Of a DNA stretch of 64,000 nucleotides, positions 44,848 through 64,000 are shown piece after piece. The notes below the pieces were generated by a model, which saw only the letters and a list, made by a program, of their open reading frames with translations, did not search any database and was not told where the DNA came from. Both the position numbers and the translations under genes were made by a program. The stretch lies in NCBI RefSeq assembly GCF_009914755.1, contig NC_060939.1; one strand, written 5' to 3'. How positions within the stretch are numbered: the stretch's first letter is position 1; every line of letters starts with the position of its first letter. The DNA is from the human T2T-CHM13v2.0 reference genome, Homo sapiens.

Positions 44848-45339
44848 CTGGTACCCACATGGAAAGTAGAGTAGACATACACCCACACAGATATGCCAGT
44901 GGGGGATGCAGGCCAGCAGGAGACCTATTTTTGCTCCCTCCTTTGAAATTCAGCTCAACCAGGAGATTAGAGTTTATAAGATAATGGCCTTCCCTCCCTG
45001 CCATATTCATATTCTCACACTCTGCATTTTTATTTCTGCATGTAATGTTGCACACACTGATACTAACTGCAAATGGTTTATGCCAAAATTCAGTAAACAA
45101 ACAAACATAGCAGACATGCACAGCAGAGTTGTGAACACGAAAAAGCAGATCCTGCATACCATTTAGCGGTGTTTTTAAAAAGATAACAAAACAACCTTTA
45201 CCTCTTCAACAAGGTAAATGTGGCTAAAATGAAGATTTAATGATATCTGGGTACTGATGTTTATTTCCTGGTAACAAAGTCAGTATAAAATTTGATTAGA
45301 TAAGACCAGCTTCTCACAGATAGGTGAATTGATGATAGC

Positions 45340-45730
45340 CAGATGGATGGACAGATGGACGCGTGGACAGATGGACAGATGGTTGGATGCATGGATGGGC
45401 GGATGGATGGATGGACAGGTGGACGGATGAGTGGAAGGGTGCATGGGTGGATGGATGGATAGATGATGGATAGATGGATGGACAGACAGATGGACAGATG
45501 GATGGATGGATGGAAGGATGGATGGATGGATCAATGGATGGGTGGATGAATGTATAGATGGATGGGTGGATGGATGGATGAATGGATGGATGGGTGGACA
45601 GATGGATGGATGGATGAATAGATGGATGGATGGATGGATGAATAGATGGATGGATAGATGGATGGATGGATGGATGGATGGATGGATGGATGGATGGATG
45701 GACGGACAGATGAGTAGATAGAGAGATAAA
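45340..45730 (+). repeat. (TGGA)n degenerate microsatellite
   Basis: About 390 bp of ggat-type units. Confidence 0.97.
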
Positions 45731-45844
45731 TAAACAGCACATCTATGAATCACACTTCTTCTTACAGTCCAATTTCCAGTATGATTATCCATTAACACAA
45801 AAACTTCCATCATGTTTAAAGATTCTTAAAAAACAGGGAACAAC

Positions 45845-49630
<3,786 letters not shown>

Positions 49631-49799
49631 ATTTTTTAAATAAGCTACTTACATAAGGCACTATCATTGGCAGAATCACATACAGTTACTTTCCCATTAG
49701 TATAAAGCAGACAAGAAATACACTATTCAATAACATGATAAAATTATAAGGCATAACTTGTGCTTCATTTTAACCTGAGGTAAATGGTTAACAGTTTAC

Positions 49800-50720
49800 A
49801 GGGAAGGAAATAATAAAACATGACAGAAATTGCTGTCTTGAGAAGTACTCCTTCTGAAATTGTTTGCTAAATGTTTGTATCAGGCAACTTCAATCCGGAG
49901 TTTGAGGAAAGCATATTGCAATGTCACTCTGTGAGCTGCCCCTCGGCAGTGAGCCGGGGCAGCAGGGAGGAGGCCCAGCTCCCGCAGGAGAGGCCAGCAT
50001 TCCAACTTCCATAGGGTGGGGTGCTGCAGGACTGTGGATCTGGAGCATAGGGTAGCTTTGTGACCTAAGAAAGGAATTCGCTAGAATGTGTTCCATTTGC
50101 ACATCACAAAATGTGGGTTCTTGTGAGGATAGGCAGGTAGCAAATCCTCAGGGAACACTGACTGAATGAACCCATAACTCAATGGCCACAGGCCTGGACA
50201 GGGAGAGGGCCAAAGGGGTCTGAAGCTGCTGGGTGAATGAGAACATCCTTTGACTTTGATGCAAAAGTCACCGGCACTTCCCAGGTTAGGTCTGCAAAGA
50301 GTGCATTTTCCACTAAGGAGGGCAGCTGGCAAAGCACAGCCTTGTCCTTTTGGGTTTAACGTCCTTGATTTTCCCTCTTAGCCTCCTGTGGCACCACCAG
50401 GCCTCCAGGGACACCACCGCCCTCTAAAGTGCTGTCGCAATGAGAGAAACTCTCTAGGTCTGTTCCAGAGAACACGGCTGAGGCCACTGGAGCTTGCCCC
50501 CTCTGTGATTTGCTAGTGAGATATCTGACTGGAAAAGTGGTCCCTGTCTGTGTGATTCTGGTGCATGCTTCAAAAGGCTGGGACCTCAAAAGCAGTGATG
50601 ACTCGATAGCCCAGGGAAGGAAGAACTCACTGTACAAAACAAGACTGAGCATGGAAAACAAGAGGACTGCACAGTCAACCACCAAAGTGATTTGAAATCA
50701 GGTGCGTTTTGTTTCTTTGA
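49800..50720 (-). pseudogene. Large pseudo-exon: AAA1 lid to AAA2 P-loop
   Basis: Acceptor ttttcatttatatag. APDFKSLWWLTVQSSCF ~ VPDYALIAEISLYSFGF; WPLSYGFIQSVFPE (about 50145-50190) ~ LPLFEGITSDLFPG; SEFLS*VTKL (about 50053-50082) ~ PEFLSKVIQL; PYGS (about 50005-50016) is a frameshifted P-loop remnant. 3' end approximate. Confidence 0.7.
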
Positions 50721-50982
50721 CTATATAAATGAAAACATTTTCACCAAGATAAAAACTGAAACTAAAGATGAATGTTGCAGGACAATGGAAAGAGACTCTT
50801 CCTGTCAGTCCTCAGGCCCCTGCTATGTGTATGTGCTCAATGAATGTCTTTAGGACAGGGGCGGGAAAAACAGAGGGTAGAAGATAGAACATTTGAAAAA
50901 TAATAAAGAAGTACACAGAATAAACCAAAAGAACTTCCTGTAATCTATCCAGGTGGAAAGTCAATATTTTAATTTACTACAA

Positions 50983-51009
50983 TGTGTGTGTGTGTGTGTG
51001 TGCGTGTGT
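50983..51009 (+). repeat. (TG)n microsatellite
   Basis: Direct reading. Confidence 0.95.
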
Positions 51010-51403
51010 ACAAAAGGGGATAATGGGGTTAAAATAAAATCAACTCTTTTATATATACAAGAGCTGACCCTGGGATGTGGACAGGGTACCACTGTCCAGC
51101 CCAGTTCTTATATATACACACACTAGGGGATCATTCTGTTCATACACTTTCATATCATACTTTTTTACTTAATGTTATATAAACATTCTCCCATAAGGAA
51201 ATAGTTCTGAAGACATGAATTTTTATTGCTGTGTAATATTCTATCGTTTCAATATACAATTACTCACTGGACACTGAGTTTGTTTCTCCTTTCTTGCTAC
51301 TAAAACTACAATGGGGCACGAGTCCTTGTCTAAGTTCCTGAATGTTTCTGTGTGGTTGATTGCTGGAAGAGAAATTACTAGGCAAAATTTATCGACTTTT
51401 TGA

Positions 51404-51835
<432 letters not shown>

Positions 51836-52056
51836 TGAGAATTATAATTCCTTTTTTTGGCTGAAACTATTTAAAGGGACCTCAATAAACAATACAATAC
51901 ATTGGCAGGGAAAGCTAAGCTTGTGGTGAATACTCTCACACACTGAGACTGCAAACCGCAAGGACTGACTCTCACGGCGCCCTTGCCTGTTCACCCCCTT
52001 CTTTGTACTTATCTTCCCTCTGTAACTGCACCTGTTGTTACCACCTCCCATCCTAC

Positions 52057-52090
52057 CTTGGAATTCCGTCCCAGACAACGTGTAACTTTG
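52057..52090 (-). pseudogene. 34-bp micro pseudo-exon (AAA1, LPDNLKALFR-equivalent position)
   Basis: Acceptor ctctctcctgattgcag, donor AAG|gtagga. Joined to the 50720 exon it reads VTRCLGRNSK|SKKQNAPDF, in exact register with LPDNLKALFRPVAMMVPDY, although identity is low. Confidence 0.45.
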
Positions 52091-52582
52091 CTGCAATCAG
52101 GAGAGAGGCTCAGTCTCACTTTCCAGGAGGACCAGGGCTTACTCTCTGTCCACATTCCCTGGCTCCCTGAGCTATCTCAGCCTGAGGGTTAGATGCATTT
52201 ATCCATGAGAAATTAGCCATATATCTTAATAAAACAGAAACAATTACATAACAGAGGAAGAGAAAGTGGGTTTTTCACATTTGATGAGGTAAACAGAAAA
52301 AAAGGGGAAGAAAGACCTAGGATGTATTCAGCACGTGCAGTTTTCTTTCCTAACAATATGTCTAATTTAATTCCAACAACAACCCTGATAGATAAATTGC
52401 AAAGATAGGAGCTCAAATATGGGCTTAGAGAAGGGACACCGTGGCCCGCAGTGACCCAGCTCATCACTGCCTGGTGCTGATGCTCCATGGAGTCCTAGCA
52501 CAGCTGACACTGGGAGGCGGATAGGGCACCTCTGTCCAGCCTCGCCCAGCCCAGCCCTGTCTGCTCCACTTGGCCGTCCTAC

Positions 52583-52689
52583 ATCACACTCAGTAAGGTC
52601 AGTGTCTACAGAAACCCACACCAGCTTGTTCTCAAACAACAGCGACGCTTGGCCAAGTAGACACCACTGTGTGCAGCTTATTCTCGTCT
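52583..52689 (-). pseudogene. Pseudo-exon: AAA1 F.FEG segment
   Basis: LLGQASLLFENKLVWVSV resembles dynein FIFEGTEISL and the DNHD1-type LLG..FFE...V.V as I recall it. Boundaries approximate. Confidence 0.5.
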
Positions 52690-53039
52690 CTGCTTGTTTC
52701 AGAAGTGCCGAGTAGAAGGAATAGTTAACTTCCCTAAAAATCCAGACAGCTTTATCCTTGTTGACAAAAACTACTTGTTTATAGCCAATGGTTGGTCCGA
52801 TACTGTTGCTGGGAAACAGAAATCTATGAAGGGATCAGCAGGTGTTCAGTAAATATTTGCTGAGTGAATTAATGCATTAATTAATTCACCTTTCTACACC
52901 AAATATTCACAATGCAAGGAGGGGCCGGTTTGGCAGGCAGGGTGAGCGTTCCTTTTCTCATTGACCAGGTATTTCTAAATAGCAAATACTAGGTGTCTAG
53001 ACTATAAATTTGGAAAAATGAAGTTTGAAAATTTATTAG

Positions 53040-53200
53040 AAAAAGATTTTTATTGATACATAATAGATGTGTATATTTGGGGGGATATATGTGATATTTT
53101 GTTATGTTCACATAATGTGTACAAATCAAATCAGGATAATTGGAATATCCATCACTTTTCTTAATTGGACTATCCATCGTTTATCTTTCCTTTATGCTAG
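53040..53200 (-). mobile_element. L1MA 3'-end fragment
   Basis: tttttattgatacataatagatgtgtatattt ... caaatcaggataattggaatatccatcac. Confidence 0.75.
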
Positions 53201-54410
53201 GAAAAGAATTTATAAAACAGAAAACAGGATAATGGGGTTAAGATAAAATCCATTCTTATCTTCAGAAAACAAAAGGGGCTGCACACAAGAGATTTGCTAG
53301 AGCAAGCCTCTTAACAGAGACCTTTCCACTTCCTGCCGTGACACCTGCACGAGCCGCTCATTTGTCTCTGCCTCCAAGACTCCCTTGCTTTTAAACAACG
53401 TGTCAACAAAATGATCTTCCTCTAAGCCAGTGTGGGTATCATCACTCTCTTGCTGAAACAACAATCGGCAGCTTCCCAGGGCTGACCAAGTGACTTGAGA
53501 TCCCCCCACCATCCCCATCCTCACAGTGTGCCAGGTGCTAGGCTTGGCGAGCAGGTAGGGGAGCTAGGCTGGTGTCTCTGTTCTGTAGGAACGGGAAGCC
53601 CACAGGGGACACACTCCAATGAGCCAACACTCAGGATAATGTGAAAAGTGCAGCTGAAGTGAATGCAGGGCTCAGGGGCCCAATGGGGTAGAAGTAGTGA
53701 TCAATTCACCCTGGCTGAATAGGAGAGGGGGTTCACTATGAGGGGGAAGACAGGCTGGCTCTTCAAGGATCAAAGGATACCGCCAAGCAGATGACAAGGA
53801 CGCTGCAGTGAGGACCTGGGGACTGGGCTGTGTTCCTGGCAGGAGAAATGGCTGAAGGAGCACCTGCATCTGAGGTCCACTGCAGCCCGAAAGCACCTGG
53901 TCCACTCACTGGGTCTGTCTTCTCTCCTCCTCCTCTGGAGCACCCAAGGGACCAGGACAACCTCCCTCTGTCCCGTGGGCACCCCAGGAAGCCTCCCTGT
54001 CTCCACAGCTGAGGCTTGGCTCTCCCTCCTTGGAATCCTCACAGGACTTTTCCTAATCTGTGCTGTGAAGCACATTCACAGTATCAGGCAATAGGAGCCA
54101 CATCTAACGTGATGGTCAGTTTTGGTGGCCCCACGTTGTCCAGGACAGCCTTGGCCACTCCTGCTTGTCCCAGCAGAGTACTAAGAATGTACTCATTCAC
54201 TCTCAGAGTCTGCTGGTGTGCACAATGTGCCATAAGACACCTCCCAGGTTCCCCAACACACACAAGCACTGCTGGAAGTACTTGGAGGGGGAGATGGCGG
54301 GAGCAGCACGGAGCCGACTCTGAGTCAGAATTTCAGATGGGCCAGGAGAACTCACAGAATGCCTCGATTTCCTCACCTGTAGAATGGCAGGATGGGCGAG
54401 GGAGGAATGA

Positions 54411-54438
54411 GTGTGTGTGTGTGTGTGTGTGTGTGTGT
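54411..54438 (+). repeat. (GT)n microsatellite
   Basis: Direct reading. Confidence 0.95.
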
Positions 54439-54537
54439 ACACCAGTACTTTATACAAGCACATAGCAAAAAAATTCCTATATGGACTTTATCTGGTGTTA
54501 CTTCCTTTTCTTTTTAATCTTTCATCCCTTGAAGTAC

Positions 54538-54632
54538 CAAGCTTAGGGTCAGAGTGGAAAATGCAGAAGCCTTATATGAATTGAGTTCCCCATCATATGA
54601 TGAATAGTTGCTTTCAGTGATTTCTACATATT
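54538..54632 (-). pseudogene. Candidate pseudo-exon, possibly an insertion within AAA1
   Basis: Long polypyrimidine tract ending ctctgaag; open frame EYVEITESNYSSYDGELNSYKASAFSTLTLSL. No clear dynein motif and donor uncertain. Confidence 0.35.
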
Positions 54633-54974
54633 CTTCAGAGAAGAAAAAAAGGAAAATAAACATGGTAGCCTTTCCAATGGGCACAGTGCCATTACCAGAC
54701 ACTGACAGACGAGACCCATCACAGTCATCACAGTCTGCTGTCCAGTATCTCCATCTCCATTAAAAAGACAATCTTATACACATATACATGTAAGCAACCT
54801 ATGACTTCATCTCCCTGACACCTCCTAAAAGAACTAAACACATCACCCTTCTTGGTCACTTCCGGTTTATATACATTTATTTCTAAATTCATGTCCATCC
54901 TACGTATGCTGGTTTTGCAAATATTTATGACTGCAGCATCATGTGAGTATATACACCTCATTTTCGTTTGTCTG

Positions 54975-55222
<248 letters not shown>

Positions 55223-56278
55223 CCTCACTCTTTGGAGAGTTTTACCCAATTGTCTGACAGTATTTATGCTAATTTAACCAGCCTTTCCTACTATGAGTAT
55301 TTGCAGTTCTAAAGGATGCAATTAGAATCTCTGTAACAATCATGTAAATATTTTCGGAGGAAAATCCTCACAATGCAATTTCTGGGTTAAAAGTACGCGG
55401 TTTTTTTTATACTGGCCCCTTATGCACTCCTACACGACATTTTTCAGAAGCACATTTTCCCATATCCTTAGTAATGCTGGGTGAAAAGTGACTTATCCTT
55501 ATGTCTCTCTAAGCATATCATTGATACTGACTGCCTCCCAATTACCACTATCCATGTATCTCTTAGAGTTTGCCTCTTGGGTCCTTCCCAGGACTGGCTC
55601 TCTGATGTCTTTGAAGCCCGGGAGTCCTTTTACTGCACTGGATCTTTACCCTTTGGCGTGAATATTGTCCCATCCATTCTTTACCCAATTTTTAGTTTAA
55701 ACTCTGTTCTTCTTTAGTTTCTGGTCTATGATGTATTGAAAAAAAAAAAAGCCTCTCCTACTCTAGGATTATAACTTATATTCAAGATGTGGTCCAAATA
55801 TTCCTTTATGTTTTCTCCCAAGTCCTTTTAAAATGCGCAAGCTTTTGCTCCATCAGATATTTCATACGTGGCATGAGATAGAAAACTGTGTCTAATGTTT
55901 TCACCCAACACCTTAAGTAGACTATCCCTTTGCCAAGGCTTGACGCACCATCTTTATTACCTGTCTAAATCCCCATGTATGAATGTGTCTGCTACAGAAC
56001 TGTCTTTTCTCTTCCACTGATTCACTACATCATCTTGCTGTGACTGACCTGCCCTCGTTTCCAACTGCTTTTTAAATGCTTAAGGAAAGTCCTGTAATTC
56101 ATCTTTTTCTCCCAAACTTTGTTATTCTCACCCATGTATTCTGTCACATGAACTTTATCAATTTATCAAGTTCTTGCCAAAAGTTATAATTCCAATTGGA
56201 ATTTTATCTTACATGTTAATTTGGGAATGACTAGTATCTATACAAGCCTCCTCACCTTATCATTAGCCATTAGAGATT

Positions 56279-56583
56279 CTTTTTTTTTTTTTTTTTTTTT
56301 TTTTGAGACAGAGTCTCGCTATGGCGCCCAGGCGGGAGTGCAGTTGTAGGATCTCAGCACACTGCAACCTCCGCCTCCCGGGTTCAAGTGATTCTCCTGC
56401 CTCAGCCTCCTGAGTAGCTGGGATTACAGGCACGCACCAACACGCCAGGCCAATTTTTGTATTTTTAGTAGAGATGGTGTTTCACCATGTTGGTCAGGCT
56501 GGTCTCAAACTCCTGACCTCGTGATCCACCTGCCTCGGCCTCCCAAAGCGCTGGGATTACAGGTGTGAGCCACCGCGCCCAGC
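56279..56583 (-). mobile_element. AluS
   Basis: polyT plus full body. Confidence 0.93.
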
Positions 56584-56853
56584 TGGAGTTTGTTTTCTCC
56601 TTGAAAATGGCACACATGAAATAGACAATACTCTTTTCTTCTGCCTCCCATCTCTACTCTTCCCACAGCCCCTAACACACCCCTCAGCTCTGCAGGAGAA
56701 AGATTTCAGGTAGGAGTTGAATCCCAGTTCCACGAAGGCTACATGCCTTGGAGCAATTTACTTAGTCTCTTTGAGTGTTCTACTGTGACTGATGGCTGTT
56801 GTTATTTAACCATACAATCTTTAACTTGCCCTAAATTGTAGGCTTTTGGCTAC

Positions 56854-57042
56854 TGGTATATATTATTGTAAATATTTCTCAAGTCAGAATAATGCCAGAG
56901 TATAGCTAAGTGTTCACATAAAGGTTTCATTAGATCAATGGACAGTCTATGCCAGAGTGAAGAAAATCCAACATTGTGGGGAAGGTGAACATCATTAGTT
57001 TTTCTGTATGTTTTGTTACTCAGCAAAATGTAATCCGACAGC
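56854..57042 (-). pseudogene. Pseudo-exon: AAA1 Walker B region
   Basis: Acceptor ccttttcctattaag joins the previous exon in phase 2. HRLSIDLMKPLCEHLAIL resembles NRIELEVLSVVAQQILTI. Donor weak. Confidence 0.6.
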
Positions 57043-57123
57043 CTTAATAGGAAAAGGCCATTTTCTGTCATTATAGTGACTGTCTTCCCCATCTGCTGAT
57101 CACCTCTCTTTATGAACACTTAC

Positions 57124-57298
57124 CTTGCACCAGTTGCATTCCTACCAAGCAACTGACTCCAAGCTGTGATTAGATTGGTCACCAGAGATGAATGCAGATG
57201 CACACAAATATCAACAGCAATTTGTATGCTTTGAGCACTCGTCTCTAAGAAACTCATTTCAGATTTCTCTAAAACAAACTTCTTTCTCAACTCTCCCG
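57124..57298 (-). pseudogene. Pseudo-exon: AAA1 degenerate Walker A region to GAW motif
   Basis: Acceptor ctttcctacttag, donor AAG|gtaagtg, open frame. CVHLHSSLVTNLITAWSQLLGRNATGAR aligns without gaps (28 aa) to [28 protein letters not shown]. Confidence 0.75.
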
Positions 57299-57728
57299 CT
57301 AAGTAGGAAAGAGAATGCATTTACTGATGGGGAAGGAAACTAGGGAAAAAGAATGAGACCACTCACCCCAAAACAAAGTCTTATGTACTTAATTCCCCTC
57401 CCAGTGTGACCAACATCGTGTCTCCCACTAAAACACCAGCCAAGCTTCACACAAACTAAAGAGAAGGAATTTTACACGGGGCGAGGTTTTCTGAGTGACG
57501 CATATAAAAATAGCACAATCTACATGCTCTTATCCATGCAATTGGGCATGGTTCAGGACACAGCGGTTGAGTATTTGAATTTGATATTAAAATCAAGCAT
57601 GAAAATTCTCAGATATTTCACTTAAAAAATTAGATAGGCTGTATAAACATTTAACTAATTTTGTAACTCCCATGCCTTTTGGTTTTGTAATTTTTAAAAA
57701 TTTAAACTATGCTTCCTTATTGAAATAA

Positions 57729-58080
<352 letters not shown>

Positions 58081-58226
58081 CAATAACAGAAACTTTCATT
58101 AAAACTTGAATAATCAGTATCAAACTCACGACATCAAAAATCATATTTTCAATTTTCAAGTTATATCCTCAAGAAAATTTTTACTTATTGACATTTATTT
58201 ATATAAGTGTATACGTGTGTGTGTTT

Positions 58227-58628
58227 GTGTATTAAACCATTTTTGCATTGCTATAAAGAAATACCTAAAACTTGGTAATTTATAAGGAAAAGAAGCTTAA
58301 TTGGCTCACAGTTCCACAGTCTATGCAAGAAGCATGGTGCTAGAGAGGCCTCGGGGAACTTTTACTCATGGTGGATGGTGAAGTGGGAGCAGCACATCCC
58401 TTGGCGAGAACAGGAGCAAGAGAGTGATTGGCAGGGGGAGGTGCCACACGCTTCATGTAAACAACCAGATCTCGTGAGAACTCACTCACTAACAGCCATG
58501 AGGACAGCACCAAGCCATGAGGGAATTCGTCCCCATGACCCAAACGCCTCCCACCAGGCCCCACCTTAACACTGGGGATTACAGTTCAACGTGAGATTAG
58601 GCAGAAACATATATTCAAACTATTTCAA
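58227..58628 (-). mobile_element. MSTB-like MaLR LTR
   Basis: tgtatta ... gcattgctataaagaaatacct ... cctcccaccaggccccacc ... caaactatttca. Confidence 0.85.
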
Positions 58629-58649
58629 TAGGTTTTCAGAAAGTTTAAC

Positions 58650-63378
<4,729 letters not shown>

Positions 63379-63591
63379 CTGTTTAGAAAAAATTTTTAAC
63401 TGTTTCTATTCTCTCTTCGATTTCTTCTTCCCCTGTGTCTTCACGCCTTTTGATTGTATTCCTGCTTCTAAGCACCTCCAACAGAAAGAAGGCTGCGAAA
63501 TTAAAGGAGTTGGAATTCAAATCAGTCCATGTTGCTATACATTAGCAACTCTAGGAGAGGTTCAGTGAAGGAAGAAGTTAAAACTACTTAC

Positions 63592-63946
63592 TAAAATGAG
63601 GTTTCCAATAAACTGTGGGTGTTAATTATCCATTCAACCCAAGCCCTCAATTAGCAGTAGTGGAATACTAAGGCTTAGACCCCATTCACTACCAAGATAC
63701 TGCCCTTCCGTTGCTTTTTAGATGAACTGCTCAGAGAATAGGGTATTCCCCACTCAAACTGAGAAACTGTATGATATAATGGAAATGTCAATTTTTTTGT
63801 TAGGAAAGCATAAATTATGCTTTAAAAATTTTCTTTGCTGTGTGTCAAGCAAAGGGACCAGCTGACATGGTACCTATCTTCGAGGCATGCTCAGTTAAAT
63901 AATAAGAATCGGGCAGAATACTCAGAGACAAGTGAATTAAGATTAA
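63592..63946 (-). pseudogene. Pseudo-exon: linker end / entry to AAA1
   Basis: Acceptor cattttag, donor TA|gtaagt. One frame reads NLNSLVSEY...HTVSQFEWGIPY...VFHYC*LRAWVEWIINTHSLLE, resembling dynein L..LV...DFEW..QLRY...Y.YEYLG..RLVITPLTDR. Four in-frame stops. Confidence 0.7.
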
Positions 63947-64000
63947 CTAAAATGTGTGTTTACATTAAATTTAAGCTGATTATGAAGAGAAAAGTTAATG

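Noticed and set aside
45280-45813. HPSI / MDGW repeat ORFs
   Set aside because: Translations of a (TGGA)n microsatellite.
54084-54269. ORF fragment ILSTLLGQAGVAKA as the AAA1 PDY/SLYS.GF segment
   Set aside because: Out of order relative to the LFE exon at 52.6 kb; the match at 50720 is better and collinear.
63387-63475. Minus-strand GEEEIEERIETVKNF as the AAA1 Walker A (GKTETVKDL) exon
   Set aside because: It has no GT donor and a weak acceptor, and the 57124-57298 exon already covers that position with a better gapless alignment. Not excluded.

Overview
Human or great-ape genomic DNA, judged from AluY/AluYc1-like, LTR7 and MER4A1 insertions. About half of the window is interspersed repeats, and I find no intact protein-coding gene. 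The unique sequence between the repeats contains about 20 minus-strand exon-like blocks with AG/GT boundaries. Their conceptual translations, broken by stops and frameshifts, match dynein heavy-chain motor-domain motifs in the correct order: linker end (63.9 kb), AAA1 (57-50 kb), AAA2 (50-28 kb), AAA3 (24-5 kb), AAA4 (4-0.2 kb). The best reading is that the whole window lies inside an old, unprocessed, decayed dynein-heavy-chain pseudogene, atypical and possibly DNHD1-like, which the ORF track does not show. Superimposed on it are a 239-bp inverted duplication overlapping a perfect 32-bp hairpin at the AAA4 P-loop, a 31-bp VNTR, a solo LTR7 inserted into a splice donor, a 157-bp direct duplicate 4.0 kb apart, and a probable twin-primed Alu. 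Protein comparisons were made by eye against dynein consensus motifs recalled from memory, not by database search. Repeat subfamily names are also recognised from memory.
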